A DNA stretch of 64,000 bases. It comes from an uncultured Candidatus Saccharibacteria bacterium. Its GTDB lineage: Bacteria > Patescibacteriota > Minisyncoccia > Phycocordibacterales > UBA1006. Below the pieces are notes generated by a model. It saw only the letters and a program-made list of their open reading frames with translations. It was not told the origin of the DNA and did not search any database. Of this stretch, positions 36,091 to 45,145 are shown one piece after another. Within the stretch, counting starts at the first letter, position 1; the number at the start of each line of letters is the position of its first letter. The position numbers and the translations under genes are program-made. Location of the stretch: the NCBI GenBank assembly GCA_964592365.1, contig CAZQDL010000002.1, positions 86,139 to 150,138 of the forward strand. Reading direction: 5' to 3'.

Positions 36091-36527
36091 CTTAACTCTC
36101 GATCAATATCCATATTAATTGACCGTTTTTTCAAGTCTTCTCGCTTATCATATTGATGCTTTCCTTTTGCAATGGCAATTTCTACTTTGATAAATCGTTT
36201 CGTTGCGTAAATACGAACAGGAACTACAGTATGTCCTTTTTGTTTGATTGCCTTACGTATATGTTCTAATTCCCTTGTTGAAAGAAGGAGTGTTCTTTTT
36301 TGATATGGATCATACGTTTCATACATTAGCTGAGTTCCTTGGTATGGTGGAATGTATGCACTCGTAAGATATGCTCCATGATCATCAACCTTTATATATG
36401 CCTCTTTCAGTGATCCATTTTTTGACCTTAATGATTTCACCTCAGCTCCGGTAAGTTTAATTCCTGCTTCATATGATTCAAGAAGGTGATAGTTTAAACC
36501 TACTGTTTTATTTACCACTAAATTCAT
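36081..36527 (-). CDS. smpB: SsrA-binding protein SmpB
   Basis: ...AGIKLTGAEVKSLRSKNGSLKEAYI...VVPVRIYATKRFIKVEIAIAKGKHQYDKREDLKKRS aligns along the whole length with SmpB. Confidence 0.92.
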   Translation of the reverse strand: MNLVVNKTVGLNYHLLESYEAGIKLTGAEVKSLRSKNGSLKEAYIKVDDHGAYLTSAYIPPYQGTQLMYETYDPYQKRTLLLSTRELEHIRKAIKQKGHTVVPVRIYATKRFIKVEIAIAKGKHQYDKREDLKKRSINMDIDRELREK

Positions 36528-36584
36528 GTATCTAGTGTACCTGAAGGCTTGCTTACGGCAATATGCCTAGGTATACTCAACAGC

Positions 36585-38495
36585 ATGAAGTTCAATATAC
36601 CAAAACAACCAAAAGGAAAAATGAAAAAGAAGAATCAAGATAATATAAAGAAATTATGGAGCGTGATTCTTATTATCATGATCTATCTTATTGCATCAGA
36701 TATTATTGCAATGATGAGTACTAATGAAGAGCCACTTCCTGTTTCAGAATTGGTAAACCTTATTCAATTACAAGAGGTACAGGAGATCATCGTAAAGGGG
36801 GATATGCTTGACGTTGCCTTGATTCCTGATGAATCAGGAGTATCAGTAACAAAGGAGGTAAAGAAAGAAGTTGGAACAGCTCTGTCTGAAACTTTGGTGA
36901 ATTATGGAATTACCAGTGAACAGCTTGCAGGTATTTCAATTAAAATCGAAGATCCTTCAGGATTTGCATATTGGCTATCACAGTTACTTCCATTTCTGTT
37001 ACCGTTGATAATGTTAGTTTTCATTATTTGGTTTTTTGCACGACAGATGAAGGGAAATAATATGAAGGCACTTTCATTTGGTGATTCAAAGGCACAGATG
37101 ATTGATCCTAAGAATAAGGATAAAAGAGTAACTTTTGATGACGTAGCTGGTAATCAAGAAGCTAAGCAAGAACTTGTTGAAATGGTTGAGTTTCTTAAAA
37201 ATCCTAAAAAGTTTCTTGATATGGGTGCAACCATTCCAAAAGGAGTTCTGATGACAGGTGAACCAGGAACAGGGAAGACAATGCTTGCTCGAGCGGTAGC
37301 AGGGGAAGCACAAGTACCATTTTTCTATCTTTCAGGTTCAGACTTTGTTGAAATGTTTGTTGGAGTTGGAGCATCTCGAGTACGTGATCTTTTCAGGATT
37401 GCAAAGCGAATGTCACCGTCAATTATCTTTATCGATGAAATTGACGCGGTAGGAAGGTCACGAGGTGTTGGTATTGGAGGTGGAAATGATGAACGAGAAC
37501 AAACACTAAACCAAATTCTTGTTGAAATGGATGGTTTTGAACCAAAAGAAAAGGTTATCGTTATGGCAGCTACCAACCGTGCAGATGTGTTGGATAAGGC
37601 GTTGTTACGACCTGGACGTTTTGATAGGCAGGTTACGTTGGAACTACCTGATCGTGGGGATAGAAAAAAAATTCTTGATGTCCACGCTAAAAAGAAACCG
37701 TTAGCAGAAGATGCTGATTTACAAGTAATTGCAGAACGCACTGCAGGATTTTCTGGTGCTGATCTTGAATCACTCATGAATGAAGGAGCAATTATTGCTA
37801 CACTTCATGATATGAAAGAAATTACTCAGGAACATCTCATTGATGCTTTAGAGAAGGTTATGGTTGGTCCAAAAAGAAAATCACACCTAGCTTCAGAGCA
37901 CGAGAAGAAGGTTACAGCATACCATGAGGCTGGACATGCTATTGTAGCTTCTGTTCTTCCTGATGCTGATCCTGTTCATAAAGTAACAATTATTCCACGA
38001 GGTCGCGCAGGAGGATTTACCATGAAGCTTCCACTAGATGAACGACGACTTCCAACAAGATCAGTATTTAAAGATGATATTGCAATGGGATTAGGTGGTT
38101 ATGTTGCAGAGAAAACTATTTTTGGTGACATTACTACAGGACCTTCAAATGATCTTAAAGTAGTTACAGCTACCGCAAGAAATATGGTTACTAAATATGG
38201 AATGTCAGATGTTATTGGCCCTATCGTAGTTGATGGTGCAGCATCTCAAACGATGTTTGGAGGAAGTGTTCCCGCAAAGAATGTTTCAGGGGAAATAATG
38301 AAAACAATTGATGCTGAGGTGAAAGCTATTATTACTGAAGCTGAACAAAGAGCACAAAAGGTTATTGATGATTACAGAGATGCTTTTGTTGAAATTGCTG
38401 AAACATTACTTGAAGTTGAAACATTGGAACAGGAGGCGTATAACAAGATTATTCAAAAGTATGGAATTCCAATTAAAGAATTACCAAAGGCATAG
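36585..38495 (+). CDS. ftsH: ATP-dependent zinc metalloprotease FtsH
   Basis: Walker [22 protein letters not shown] region, HEAGHA zinc motif, two N-terminal TM helices. ORF track start 36549; ATG at 36585 (MKFNIPKQ) sits 8 nt after GGTATACT. Confidence 0.95.
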   Translation: MKFNIPKQPKGKMKKKNQDNIKKLWSVILIIMIYLIASDIIAMMSTNEEPLPVSELVNLIQLQEVQEIIVKGDMLDVALIPDESGVSVTKEVKKEVGTALSETLVNYGITSEQLAGISIKIEDPSGFAYWLSQLLPFLLPLIMLVFIIWFFARQMKGNNMKALSFGDSKAQMIDPKNKDKRVTFDDVAGNQEAKQELVEMVEFLKNPKKFLDMGATIPKGVLMTGEPGTGKTMLARAVAGEAQVPFFYLSGSDFVEMFVGVGASRVRDLFRIAKRMSPSIIFIDEIDAVGRSRGVGIGGGNDEREQTLNQILVEMDGFEPKEKVIVMAATNRADVLDKALLRPGRFDRQVTLELPDRGDRKKILDVHAKKKPLAEDADLQVIAERTAGFSGADLESLMNEGAIIATLHDMKEITQEHLIDALEKVMVGPKRKSHLASEHEKKVTAYHEAGHAIVASVLPDADPVHKVTIIPRGRAGGFTMKLPLDERRLPTRSVFKDDIAMGLGGYVAEKTIFGDITTGPSNDLKVVTATARNMVTKYGMSDVIGPIVVDGAASQTMFGGSVPAKNVSGEIMKTIDAEVKAIITEAEQRAQKVIDDYRDAFVEIAETLLEVETLEQEAYNKIIQKYGIPIKELPKA

Positions 38496-38497
38496 GT

Positions 38498-38596
38498 ATG
38501 GGAACAATCATTGATATTCTCTTCAGACTTTTAGGACTTATCCTTGTATTCTGGTTGATTAATGAAATGTATCAGTGGTGGGTTTGGTATATATAA
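38498..38596 (+). CDS. unlisted 32-aa hydrophobic peptide immediately downstream of ftsH (MGTIIDILFRLLGLILVFWLINEMYQWWVWYI)
   Basis: ATG 2 nt after the ftsH stop (tagGTATGG); single predicted TM helix with Trp-rich end; followed directly by the operon terminator. Below the ORF-track size cutoff. Confidence 0.35.
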   Translation: MGTIIDILFRLLGLILVFWLINEMYQWWVWYI

Positions 38597-38624
38597 AAAA
38601 CTACTCAATTGAGTAGTTTTTTTC
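38597..38624 (+). terminator. terminator (aactactc aatt gagtagtt + T-run)
   Basis: Read directly. Confidence 0.7.
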
Positions 38625-38627
38625 TTG

Positions 38628-38701
38628 TACGCCCAGAGGGATTCGAACCCCCAACTTCCGAGGAATAAGCTCGGCACTCTAGCCAATTGAGTTATAGGCG
38701 C
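38628..38701 (-). tRNA. tRNA, anticodon apparently UAU (Ile/AUA) with unusual U37 and two G-U pairs in the acceptor stem
   Basis: Minus-strand read gcgccua-u-a-acuc-aauuggcua-gagu-g-ccgag-cuUAUuc-cucgg-aaguu-ggggg-UUCGAAU-cccuc-ugggcgu-a (73 nt; CCA not encoded). Perfect anticodon stem; 7-nt loop c-u-U-A-U-u-c. Confidence 0.55.
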
Positions 38702-38758
38702 ATATCATCCGGTTACCCGAACGATATATAGCATATCGCATTGTAGAATATGCTCAAG

Positions 38759-40936
38759 TTATTCAAAGTGGATATTGTAATTTTCCTTTGAAATGATATC
38801 ACGTAATTCTGGAAAATTATCCAACACTGGATCATGTTTGATGATATCCTGAGCTTCATTTCTTGCAAATTCAACCATTTTGATGTTTTTGATGGCTTCC
38901 ATAGCAAGGTCTGATATACCCCATTGTTTTACTCCTGCAAGATCTCCAATACCTCGTAGCATCATATCCATTTCTGCTAATTCAAATCCATTCTTCGCGT
39001 GCTTAATGGCCTGTAATCGTTCAATTGTTTTTTCACTTTTAGCATCTGCAAATAAGTAGCAATATGCCTGATGATTAGAACGTATTACTCGACCACGAAG
39101 CTGATGTAATTGAGCTAATCCAAAACGTTCAGCTCCTTCGATGATGATAGAGGTAGCATTAGGAACATTTACTCCAACCTCAACTACAGAAGTAGAAACA
39201 AGAATATCAATTTCATGATTATAGAATTTTTCCATGACCTTTTCTTTTTGTATCTTGGTCATTTTGCTATGCATAATATCAATACGAAACTCCTTATAAA
39301 CTGTATTCTTTAATCTTTGTGCCTCTGCCTTTACCGAAGTTAATTGCAAAGATTGTTCTTTACTTTGATCTGCTTCCTCGATTCGTGGGCAGATAACATA
39401 GGCTTGTCTACCTTCTTTAAGTGATGATCGGATTGATTCATATACTTCTGAACGTGAACTGATATCTGGTGATACAATCTCTGTGATAACCTGTTTTCTT
39501 CCTTGAGGCATAGTGTCAATTACAGAAAGATCAAGATCTCCGTATATGGTAAGAGCAAGTGTTCTTGGAATTGGTGTCGCTGTCATGGAAAGAAAGTGAG
39601 GAATTCTCTTTTCTTTGGAACCAAGTTTCATTCTCTGCTTCGTACCAAATCGATGCTGTTCATCTATGATGGCAAGAGCAAGATCTTGAAATACTACTTT
39701 CTTTTGTATTAGCGTATGTGTTCCTATAACAATCGGAATTTCACCATTTGCAATCCATTTAGTTAATTGAGATCGTGAAATATTAGTCCACGCTTCTCCA
39801 GGAACTTTGGAGGGAAATTTCCTACATCCAGATCCTGTTAAGAGTCCAATTTGAATACCAAGACCTTTGAAATATTCAACGAAATTTTCAAAAAGTTGTG
39901 TTGCAAGAACTTCTGTTGGTGCCATATATGCAACCTGTAGTCTTCCATAGCTTTGATTTCCTGGACGGTTTGAAACTGTTGCATATGCAGCTGTTGCTGC
40001 AACGAATGTCTTTCCGGAACCAACATCACCCTCAAGAAGTCGTGACATTGGATGTGACGATGTCATATCATTGATAATCGCATTAACCGCGTCATGTTGT
40101 GCTTTTGTTGGAGTAAAAGGAAAGCGATCGATAAATGATTGAATTGTTTTTTGCTCAACATTGAGTTTGTATGAAAAATGCTTCTGGTATTGCAATCTTC
40201 TCTGTTGATTTTTTAATTGAATGAGGAATATTTCTTCAAAGGCAAATCTTTTCTGTGCTGCTTTTGCGTGATTACTTGATTGTGGTGAATGAATCCAAAC
40301 CAAGGCTGTTTGTAGAGTAGGTAACTTGTATTTTTGAAGAATAAAAGAGGGTAAAGGATCTTCTAATTTATCTAGAATTCCTGATCCAAGAATTTTAATG
40401 ATACTGTGATATATCCATTTTGAAGTAATCCCTTTTGATTCACGATATATAGGGTAACCGAACTCCTTTTCTTCAGGAGATTCGTTGAATAACGAATCTC
40501 CTGTATCAATAGGGAACGATGAAAGTTTTTCAAATTCTGGATTTGTTAAGGTTTTACCATACTTTCCATCAGATATTTTCCCAGTTAATTTAACCATCTG
40601 GCCTTCATTGAGGGTTTTTGCAATAAATGCTTGGTTGAACCAAATAATTTTCACCGTGTTATTTTGAAGATCAGTTAATGTTGCTTGAGCAGTAGGAACG
40701 TTAGTACGATATGTCTTTTTGATACTAATTTTTGAAAGTACTCCATAAATGGTAACTACATCATCACTATTGCTTTGTGCAATGCTACTTACCGTACTCA
40801 TATGACTATATCGAGTCGGGAAATAGTAAAGAAGGTCTTTTATCGTTTCAATGCCTAAACGCGAAAGAGCCCTCTTCTGTGTCTCTTGGGTTCGTAGTGT
40901 CTCAAATATTTTTGTATCAAGATTAATATTCTTCAC
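38759..40936 (-). CDS. recG: ATP-dependent DNA helicase RecG
   Basis: N-terminal LSRLGIETIKDLLYYFPTRY wedge/HhH region, Walker A DVGSGKTFVAATAAYA, DEQH box IDEQHRFG, motif VI QLRGRV. ORF track starts at TTG 40954; GTG at 40936 (MKNINLDTK) is 8 nt after TGATATACT. Confidence 0.9.
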   Translation of the reverse strand: MKNINLDTKIFETLRTQETQKRALSRLGIETIKDLLYYFPTRYSHMSTVSSIAQSNSDDVVTIYGVLSKISIKKTYRTNVPTAQATLTDLQNNTVKIIWFNQAFIAKTLNEGQMVKLTGKISDGKYGKTLTNPEFEKLSSFPIDTGDSLFNESPEEKEFGYPIYRESKGITSKWIYHSIIKILGSGILDKLEDPLPSFILQKYKLPTLQTALVWIHSPQSSNHAKAAQKRFAFEEIFLIQLKNQQRRLQYQKHFSYKLNVEQKTIQSFIDRFPFTPTKAQHDAVNAIINDMTSSHPMSRLLEGDVGSGKTFVAATAAYATVSNRPGNQSYGRLQVAYMAPTEVLATQLFENFVEYFKGLGIQIGLLTGSGCRKFPSKVPGEAWTNISRSQLTKWIANGEIPIVIGTHTLIQKKVVFQDLALAIIDEQHRFGTKQRMKLGSKEKRIPHFLSMTATPIPRTLALTIYGDLDLSVIDTMPQGRKQVITEIVSPDISSRSEVYESIRSSLKEGRQAYVICPRIEEADQSKEQSLQLTSVKAEAQRLKNTVYKEFRIDIMHSKMTKIQKEKVMEKFYNHEIDILVSTSVVEVGVNVPNATSIIIEGAERFGLAQLHQLRGRVIRSNHQAYCYLFADAKSEKTIERLQAIKHAKNGFELAEMDMMLRGIGDLAGVKQWGISDLAMEAIKNIKMVEFARNEAQDIIKHDPVLDNFPELRDIISKENYNIHFE

Positions 40937-40993
40937 TGAAATGTAGTATATCAAATACTCAAAGAAAAATATTAATTTACGCCCTACTTGAAA

Positions 40994-41018
40994 TTAAAAA
41001 GCACAAATGTGCTTTTTA
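40994..41018. terminator. short hairpin terminator (aagcac aaat gtgctt + T-run)
   Basis: Read directly. Confidence 0.5.
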
Positions 41019-41381
41019 TGTGAACGATATTTTTTCTTGATCAGTTATGTAGTTGATAATATTCTGAATTGAAAGCTTATCAATATCAACTTGTGCATGT
41101 TTAGGTAAGTATGAGATATTCTCCTTGCTTTCATTGATGATAAATATATCTGGATTTGAAAAGGAAACATTCAGGAAGTTAATACTTTGTTTCCCTTTAA
41201 ATTCATCACAATTTGTACTCATTATAATATGCTTGATATCCATACCGGAAGCTTGTTTAACTGCATCATTAATACATCGAGCATTAATAATATAATAACC
41301 TTTTTTATGAAGTAGATTTCCAATAATTTCTCTCATGAAATCATCAGCATTAAGGATAAGTATTTTGGGTCTTGTAGGCAT
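41016..41381 (-). CDS. stand-alone receiver-like (CheY-fold) protein, probable pseudo-receiver
   Basis: KILILNADDFMREIIGNLL (beta1 with acidic pair) but the phospho-acceptor position in the beta3 region reads HIIMSTNC (Ser/Thr instead of Asp). Likely start MPTRPK. Confidence 0.4.
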   Translation of the reverse strand: MPTRPKILILNADDFMREIIGNLLHKKGYYIINARCINDAVKQASGMDIKHIIMSTNCDEFKGKQSINFLNVSFSNPDIFIINESKENISYLPKHAQVDIDKLSIQNIINYITDQEKISFT

Positions 41382-41465
41382 AGATACAGTATACAACACT
41401 TTACTATTTTTTTAATGAGCCAGTCTATTGTCAATACCATTTTGCTATGTATAATGGACGCTATT

Positions 41466-41786
41466 ATGAGTACATTTGCAGTTATTGAAACCGGTGGTAA
41501 ACAATACCGAGTTTCAGAAGGTGATATAATCACCATTGAAAAATTGAAAGGAACATACAGCGAAGGAGATAAAATTGTTTTCGACAATGTATTGATGATT
41601 GACGATGGGTCATCATCAACCATTGGGACTCCAACTCTTGCTGATACTACCGTTACCGCTGAATATATTGAAGAAGGTAGAGGTAAAAAGGTTAACGTTA
41701 TCCGTTACAAAGCTAAGTCACGTTACTTTAAGAAGAACGGACATCGACAACCATTCACATTGGTAAAAGTTACAAAGATTGGATAA
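41466..41786 (+). CDS. rplU: 50S ribosomal protein L21 (bL21)
   Basis: FAVIETGGKQYRVSEGDIITIEKL matches the bL21 N-terminus; ATG at 41466 follows TTGTCA-N16-TATAAT by ~10 nt. No rpmA follows; a terminator and a pilin gene do. Confidence 0.85.
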   Translation: MSTFAVIETGGKQYRVSEGDIITIEKLKGTYSEGDKIVFDNVLMIDDGSSSTIGTPTLADTTVTAEYIEEGRGKKVNVIRYKAKSRYFKKNGHRQPFTLVKVTKIG

Positions 41787-41787
41787 T

Positions 41788-41814
41788 TAAAAAACCTCCC
41801 AGGAGGTTTTTTTT
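41788..41814 (+). terminator. terminator (aaaaaacctcc cag gaggtttttttt)
   Basis: Read directly. Confidence 0.65.
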
Positions 41815-41815
41815 C

Positions 41816-41824
41816 TGATATAAT
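41816..41824 (+). promoter_or_regulatory. extended -10 TGATATAAT 8 nt upstream of pilin-3 ATG
   Basis: Same element as before pilins 1 and 2. Confidence 0.55.
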
Positions 41825-41832
41825 TCAGCTAT

Positions 41833-41997
41833 ATGAAATCAAAAGGATTCACCCTCATTGAACTATTGGTAGTAGTTGCCATTATTGGAATACTTGCAAC
41901 TGTGGTATTAGCTAGTCTAAGTTCTGGTCGAGCATCAGCACGAGATGCACGACGTTTAGCTGATATTAAAACCATTCAGACAGCACTTGAGTTATAT
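41833..41997 (+). repeat. ~165-bp near-identical direct repeat (5' end of pilin-3), copy A
   Basis: The first ~165 nt of genes 41833 and 43126 differ at one position (cagaca vs caaaca) by direct comparison. Confidence 0.8.
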
Positions 41998-42354
41998 AAT
42001 ACCGAAAATGGTAAATATCCTACGACAGCTTGGGCTGTAGGAGATCAACCTTCTTGGACTACCTTAGAAAACATTTTAGGAGTTAATTTACCTGATGACC
42101 CACTAAACACGAACACAAACAACGTATCAAATGCAGCTACGGCAGGAGATTACATGTATGCATATTTTGCAAATAATGACACTGGCTTCTGCTTTGGAAG
42201 AGCTTATATGATTGTTGCTAACTTTGAAACTAAAATTGATACTTCTCCAGGGGTAAGATTCTGTAATAATGCTACTTTTGGATACGGTAACTCAATTGTA
42301 GTTGGTGTTAATGACAGAGGAGAATTTATTGGTCCTACTTTAACAAAAAAGTAA
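41833..42354 (+). CDS. type IV pilin-like protein, paralog 3
   Basis: [55 protein letters not shown]...; two C-terminal Cys. Confidence 0.85.
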   Translation: MKSKGFTLIELLVVVAIIGILATVVLASLSSGRASARDARRLADIKTIQTALELYNTENGKYPTTAWAVGDQPSWTTLENILGVNLPDDPLNTNTNNVSNAATAGDYMYAYFANNDTGFCFGRAYMIVANFETKIDTSPGVRFCNNATFGYGNSIVVGVNDRGEFIGPTLTKK

Positions 42355-42382
42355 ATTTATTTTACTCTTGGTATGATATTAA

Positions 42383-42416
42383 AAAACACTAGGGATGCAC
42401 CTTAGTGTTTTTTACT
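42383..42416. terminator. bidirectional terminator (aacactag ggatgcac cttagtgtt + T-run)
   Basis: Read directly. Confidence 0.6.
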
Positions 42417-42433
42417 AATATATGAATTTCTCA

Positions 42434-43042
42434 TTACTGAGTAATACGTGAAGACAGTGCATACTTTAAGGTTTCCACATCAGAGTACTCAAGCTCTGTA
42501 CCTGTAGAAAGACCTCTTCCTAGGGTACTGAATATTAAGTTTGGAAATGAATCCTTAAGCATCGAAAGAAGTCGAAATCGAGTATGTTCAGCTTCAGGCG
42601 AAACTGATAAGCCAAAGATTACTTCCATAAGTATTCCTGCTTCAGTATCTTTCTTGATACGTTCCATAAGTTGTTCTGTTCGTGCATAAGAGCGTTTTTT
42701 CTCGTGACTTGAGATATACCCCCCTAATACGAAATATACTCCTTCATAAAGCTTTGTATTGTTTAGGTTTTCAAGATCAGCATCTTTTTCAATAATAAGA
42801 AGCTGTGAACGATTCGCTTGCATACAAATAGAACAGGTATCGTTAATATCTTTTTTATAGAATCTAAAGCATAAGCGACATTGATTAATTTCTTGTTTTA
42901 ACTGAACAATATTCTCAACTAAACGCTTAATGTATTCGTTATCTTTGTGTAATAATGAATACACAAAACGCTGTGCTTGGCGTCTTCCAATTCCTGGAAA
43001 TTGAAGAAATAGTTCAGTTAGTTGGTCGATGTGTTGTGACAT
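42434..43042 (-). CDS. recR: recombination protein RecR
   Basis: HhH LQFPGIGRRQAQRFVYSLL, C4 zinc finger CRLCFRF...CSIC, Toprim domain; 202 aa. Confidence 0.9.
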   Translation of the reverse strand: MSQHIDQLTELFLQFPGIGRRQAQRFVYSLLHKDNEYIKRLVENIVQLKQEINQCRLCFRFYKKDINDTCSICMQANRSQLLIIEKDADLENLNNTKLYEGVYFVLGGYISSHEKKRSYARTEQLMERIKKDTEAGILMEVIFGLSVSPEAEHTRFRLLSMLKDSFPNLIFSTLGRGLSTGTELEYSDVETLKYALSSRITQ

Positions 43043-43125
43043 GGTAGATATAGTATATCATTTCTTTTCTTGTTTCTTGATCAGCACTTTAAATAGACAG
43101 CCATGTATAGTAATATACTAAGTAT

Positions 43126-43290
43126 ATGAAATCAAAAGGATTCACCCTCATTGAACTATTGGTAGTAGTTGCCATTATTGGAATACTTGCAACTGTGGTA
43201 TTAGCTAGTCTAAGTTCTGGTCGAGCATCAGCACGAGATGCACGACGTTTAGCTGATATTAAAACCATTCAAACAGCACTTGAGTTATAT
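43126..43290 (+). repeat. ~165-bp near-identical direct repeat (5' end of pilin-4), copy B
   Basis: See copy A; the two copies flank recR. Confidence 0.8.
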
Positions 43291-43650
43291 GCTCTTGATA
43301 ACGGAGGACAATATCCTACCCCAGGTTGGGCAAGTAGCAACGTTGCAAGCTCCTGGGCAGCTTTAGAAACTCAATTAGGAACCACCTTACCTAAAGACCC
43401 TACTAATCAAACGAGTACGAGTACCTCTTCTGTCACCACAGGTTTGTATACCTATGGATATTACGCACATGCTCAGGCTGCACAATGCTCAGGAAGAGCA
43501 TATATGCTTGTTGTAAATCTTGAAACTAAAAGAGATACTTCTGCTGGTGTATACTTATGTGATACAACTCGTGGATATGGTGATGCTCTTGTTGTTGGTA
43601 TGGATGGAAATGGAAATTTAATTGGACCAGGTACCTTAACTAACAAGTAA
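43126..43650 (+). CDS. type IV pilin-like protein, paralog 4
   Basis: N-terminal 55 aa identical to paralog 3; C-terminal CSGRAYMLVVNLETKRDTSAGVYLCDTTRGYG parallels paralog 3 CFGRAYMIVANFETKIDTSPGVRFCNNATFGYG. Confidence 0.85.
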   Translation: MKSKGFTLIELLVVVAIIGILATVVLASLSSGRASARDARRLADIKTIQTALELYALDNGGQYPTPGWASSNVASSWAALETQLGTTLPKDPTNQTSTSTSSVTTGLYTYGYYAHAQAAQCSGRAYMLVVNLETKRDTSAGVYLCDTTRGYGDALVVGMDGNGNLIGPGTLTNK

Positions 43651-43686
43651 TTCTAAAAATCACCCTTTGTGGGTGATTTTTAGAAT
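43651..43686. terminator. 16-bp-stem inverted repeat/bidirectional terminator (ttctaaaaatcaccc tttg tgggtgatttttagaa); contains dnaB stop
   Basis: Read directly. Confidence 0.7.
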
Positions 43687-45047
43687 TCAGCATCAAGACT
43701 GTGAGGATCAATCTCTCCATGATTCTTATCCAAATCAAGAAATGTTGTTCGTGCAGTATCGAAGTAAAGTTGAGCATATCCTGTTGCTCCATTTCGATGT
43801 TTTTCAATGAGTACTTCTGTAATTTCAGAACGACCTGTATTTTCCTCGTTACGATCACGATGTAAGAACATAACAACATCAGCATCTTGTTCAATCGAAC
43901 CTGAATCTCTAAGGTCAGAAAGTCGAGGTCTACCCCCACGTTGTTCAACGGCACGTGAAAGCTGAGAAAGAGCAATTACTGGTACCTCAAGTTCTCGAGC
44001 CAGAGATTTAAGTGATCGAGAAATTTCAGTAACTTGATTCACCATAGAATCATAGTTCTTGCTGGTGGTCATAAGTTGCATGTAATCAACAAGGATAAGG
44101 CCAAGTCCGTGTTCAGCCTTAAGTCTTCTTGCTGTTGATCTCATTTGAAGAATTGAGTTTCCTGGCTTGTCATCAATATAGATAGGAGCTTTTGAAAGAG
44201 TCTCCATTCCTTGAGAAATCCTGGTGAAATCATCCTCAGTTAATCCTTTTCCTGTACGCATTCGCCATGCATCAACCTGTGCTTGTGCTGAAAGCATTCT
44301 GTCGGTAAGTTGGTCAGCACTCATCTCAAGAGAGAAGAATCCAACAGGAATATTGTGTTGTACAGCAGCCTTCCTTGCTATATCAAGTGCTAGTGCTGTT
44401 TTTCCTGTAGAAGGCCGAGCTGCAAGAATAATCAAGTCAGATTTTTGGAATCCTGAAAGAATATTATCCAAACCAGCATATCCGGTTGGAACTCCTCGTA
44501 ACTCATTTCCTACCGTTAATCTTTCAAGTTTTTCCCATACCAAAGGAAGAATCTCTTTAATACTTGTAAATTTTTGAGCATTTGTTGGGTTTGAAGTAAT
44601 TTCAAAAATTGTTTTCTCAGCTTGATCAAGAATTGATTCTACATCTTCTTTTTCTTCAAAACCAAGATTACTTACGAAGTCACCAGCAATGATAAGTTTT
44701 CGTAATAATGATTTTGTAGCAACGTTTTTTGCATAATATTCAATGTTTGTAGAGGAGGGAACAATATTTGCAATATCGTTAAGGTAGCTCATACCACCTG
44801 CCTGTTCAAGGAGATTTAGACGTCTGAGGGTATCTGAAACAGATACTATATCAATAGGGTCACCAGTACGTGATAGTTCCATCATGGCTCTGAAGATAAC
44901 CTTGTGTTTCTGCACATAGAAATCATCTTCAGCTATCGTGTCGATAATATCATGAAGGGCAACAGGACGAAGCATAATTGATCCTAAGAGAGCTTTTTCA
45001 GCATCAATGTTCTGAGGAGGTGTTCGTAAGTTCTTGTTCGTTTGCAT
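43680..45047 (-). CDS. dnaB: replicative DNA helicase DnaB
   Basis: N-terminal PPQNIDAEKALLGSIML, Walker A ARPSTGKTALALDIARKAA, H4/RecA-fold motifs; 455 aa, no intein. Confidence 0.93.
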   Translation of the reverse strand: MQTNKNLRTPPQNIDAEKALLGSIMLRPVALHDIIDTIAEDDFYVQKHKVIFRAMMELSRTGDPIDIVSVSDTLRRLNLLEQAGGMSYLNDIANIVPSSTNIEYYAKNVATKSLLRKLIIAGDFVSNLGFEEKEDVESILDQAEKTIFEITSNPTNAQKFTSIKEILPLVWEKLERLTVGNELRGVPTGYAGLDNILSGFQKSDLIILAARPSTGKTALALDIARKAAVQHNIPVGFFSLEMSADQLTDRMLSAQAQVDAWRMRTGKGLTEDDFTRISQGMETLSKAPIYIDDKPGNSILQMRSTARRLKAEHGLGLILVDYMQLMTTSKNYDSMVNQVTEISRSLKSLARELEVPVIALSQLSRAVEQRGGRPRLSDLRDSGSIEQDADVVMFLHRDRNEENTGRSEITEVLIEKHRNGATGYAQLYFDTARTTFLDLDKNHGEIDPHSLDAEF

Positions 45048-45145
45048 GTCTCAAATCTTATCACGATACTCCATGTTATGCTTTTGTTAGGTGTACAACT
45101 TATGTGTATAGTCATGTGGAATACGGTATGTGATATACTAATTAC

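Noticed and set aside
37325-37777. 150-aa ORF antisense to ftsH (and 37086..37313)
   Set aside because: Embedded in the ftsH AAA+ domain on the other strand; no motif, no promoter.
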